Of a stretch of 64,000 nt of DNA, positions 62,001-64,000 are shown piece by piece (position 1 is the stretch's first letter; each line of letters begins with the position of its first letter). Under the pieces are notes generated by a model. The model worked only from the letters and a program-made list of their open reading frames with translations. It made no database searches and was not told the DNA's origin. Origin of the DNA: Amoebophrya sp. A120 (Eukaryota > Protista > Dinoflagellata); assembly GCA_905178155.1 (NCBI GenBank), contig CAJINV010000006.1, positions 4,703,795 to 4,767,794 of the forward strand, read 5' to 3'. The position numbers and the translations under genes were made by a program.

Positions 62001-64000
62001 CGTACAGGCACAGATGAAGGCACAGAAGCAAATGGAACGGGAGAAAGCCGCTGCCGCTGCCGCGCAAAATGAAGACCAAGGTCAAGCTCCTGGAAAGGAC
62101 GGCGCAGAACAGGCCCAGACTGAAGGTTACCCGGCGACAGATGGAGCGCAGGCCGTGCAGCCGGAGCCGAAGCAAGGGGAAGGGCGAGATGTGGACGACA
62201 GTGGTGCCCCTGCGCCGCGACCTGCTGCTGCAGCAAGCGCAACTGATGTAGAAACTGGAACTTCTCAGACCGAGATGGGAGGCGAACAGCCGCAACGAGA
62301 CAACACAGAGGGTGTCGCAAGAGAGCCAGACGATGCCCCTCCGGAGTCGAACAAGTGTACCGGTGTTGCAGCTGGTCCAGAACCTGCTTCAGTGCAGGAC
62401 ACAGCTCCTTCAACGGAAGATACCGCCACGACAACCTCCTCGATTTCCAAATCCAAACACCTCTCCCGTGCCATCCGCTTTTTCGTGCATTCGTTTCCCA
62501 TGCTGGAAAAACCGATGACCGTGTGGCATCACCGTGCGTCGGAGCGGAAGAACGGCGTGTTTCTATGCGTGGCAAATTATAAAGCATCGTACTAGCAGAG
62601 ATTTATATAAGCAATGCGACTCGCATTGAGTCGCAAACCGGTCGCGGCTTGTCGCATTGCTCGCATTGCCCGCATTGCTCGCAAATCGCGAGGGTCTGCC
62701 AGCAGTCAGGCGCGCGGCAATGAAATCCCCGCCATGCCGTCGCGATTCGCGAGCTACACGGCAGCGCACTGGCCTGCAAGTACAAAACTGGTTATCCTGC
62801 CCTGGGGCTTCTGTAGTGGCGGCTTCGCTCTCTTACCCAGGAGCGCAGTGTTTAGGTTTTAGATTTTTCTCGGGGAACAAAACACAAACCATGATGGAAG
62901 GCTGCCGTCGCGGGGCCCGCGCGAGGTCTAGCGAAGCAGGTGCAGAAACGACGACGGTGTGGGTGTGTGTTCGATGTTTCGGCGCACTTGCGGCGCATCT
63001 TGTTGGATGACCTGTTTTCACGTTCACCTGCCGGCACCCACCCCGACCGAGATACTAGGTAGCTTCGTACGTTAGATAGGAGTAGGACTATGGCGCCCAA
63101 CTAGGATCCGAGCGTGGGCACTCGCAGACGAACTTGCGAGAACGACTCGCAACACTTGCGACAGATCCGCGTGTTCGCAACTCGCAAGACCTCGGATCGC
63201 TGTCGCATTGCTCGCAAATCGCGGCCGGAAATTCCTTATATAATTGGCTGTACTAGTATGAATTGCATTACAAATTTGCTCAGCATGAGAAAGGGAATTC
63301 GTAATGCTGATCGACCTTAGGAAAAAACGATTAAGATTTGTATATGCAAAACTCACATTCATACGACAGGAGTACGATACCTTTGCAATGCATAATTTCA
63401 GTTTTTCAACAAAAAACACGACACGGACGCGAATTTGCGAAACACCTTCCACCCCTACGACCAAGTGAAGTTTGGGGGCCCGCACCAGCCTAATCTGCAC
63501 GAGGAGGTAGAGTTGAGCAAGTTTTTGGACACGCTGTTGCAGGTCAGGGATCCAGCAGTCGTGCCGTCACAAGGAGCAGGATCAGGGCAATTGTCGTCCA
63601 AATTATCGGCAGACGGACACACAGCACCTTCAGAAGGTGGGGGTTCTTCAGGAACGGATTATACCAGAAGTTCCGAAACTGCGACTGAAAAAGACGCAGT
63701 TGTACTAGAGGCACCACAGCAATCAGAGTCGGAACTACCCGGCGCTCTGATCCACGCCCGGCCGACCATTTTCACGATTCTCGGCGTGGACAAAAACGAC
63801 AATGGCTTGGCCACGGGCTTGACAAAGTGGGACGGTGACGGGAACAAAAGTGTTTGCCCCTGGGATCTGAACGTCAAAGTGAATCTGCACGATCATCAAA
63901 GTCTTGTTGGGCGCCATCAGCATGACAAAATCAACAAAAAGCATTACCGAATAGAAATCTCCCCCTGGCGCTGGCCCTATTGCTATCGGGTGGTTAAGAT
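59007..64000 (+). CDS. Large secreted hypothetical protein (3' end outside the window)
   Basis: Signal-like LLLRLFISSLALLKASLFLL. Frame continuous across 59680-59830, 59940-60095, 61585-61746 and 62564-63394, and open to the window end. Confidence 0.6.
59680..59830. mobile_element. Introner family A
   Basis: DR aatcc/aatcc. Confidence 0.9.
59940..60095. mobile_element. Introner family A
   Basis: DR gaagg/ggagg. Confidence 0.88.
61585..61746. mobile_element. Degenerate singleton introner
   Basis: Weak IR; DR cagca/acgca; frame restored (KQH|EEVELDAM). Confidence 0.55.
62564..63394. mobile_element. Introner family A hosting a nested TIR element
   Basis: DR gtttc/atttc. Confidence 0.85.
62596..63250. 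mobile_element. Non-autonomous TIR element, 655 bp, nested in an introner
   Basis: cagagatttatataag / cttatataattggctg; 6-bp TSD tactag; internal cgcattgctcgc repeats. Confidence 0.8.

Overview
Eukaryotic, gene-dense window, most likely from a syndinian dinoflagellate parasite of the Amoebophrya type (inferred from the intron architecture, not from a database match). All 12 gene models lie on the + strand. They are broken up by about 67 non-canonical intron elements (introners), which I located by hand. Nearly all begin with TAT (a few TAC) and end with ATA. They carry family-specific terminal inverted repeats (at least 11 families) and are flanked by a 5-nt direct repeat. Removing the element plus one repeat copy restores the reading frame at every junction I traced. 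Reconstructed genes: a Kv-like 6TM channel with EF-hands, a phytocyanin-like protein, glutathione synthetase (12 introns), intronless folD, a ZIP metal transporter, a bacterial-type transglutaminase-like protein, two tandem secreted-protein paralogs and several low-complexity hypothetical proteins. Main observations: (1) a short motif, GCAT(G/T/C)ACA, is shared by unrelated introner families and by GT-AG introns; (2) identical elements splice in either orientation; (3) repeat mismatches place the splice register inside the target-site duplication; (4) one introner has decayed into a GT-AG intron; (5) TIR elements are nested inside introners; (6) an antisense gene fragment carrying its introners is captured between 54-bp direct repeats. 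All exon structures are manual reconstructions without transcript data.
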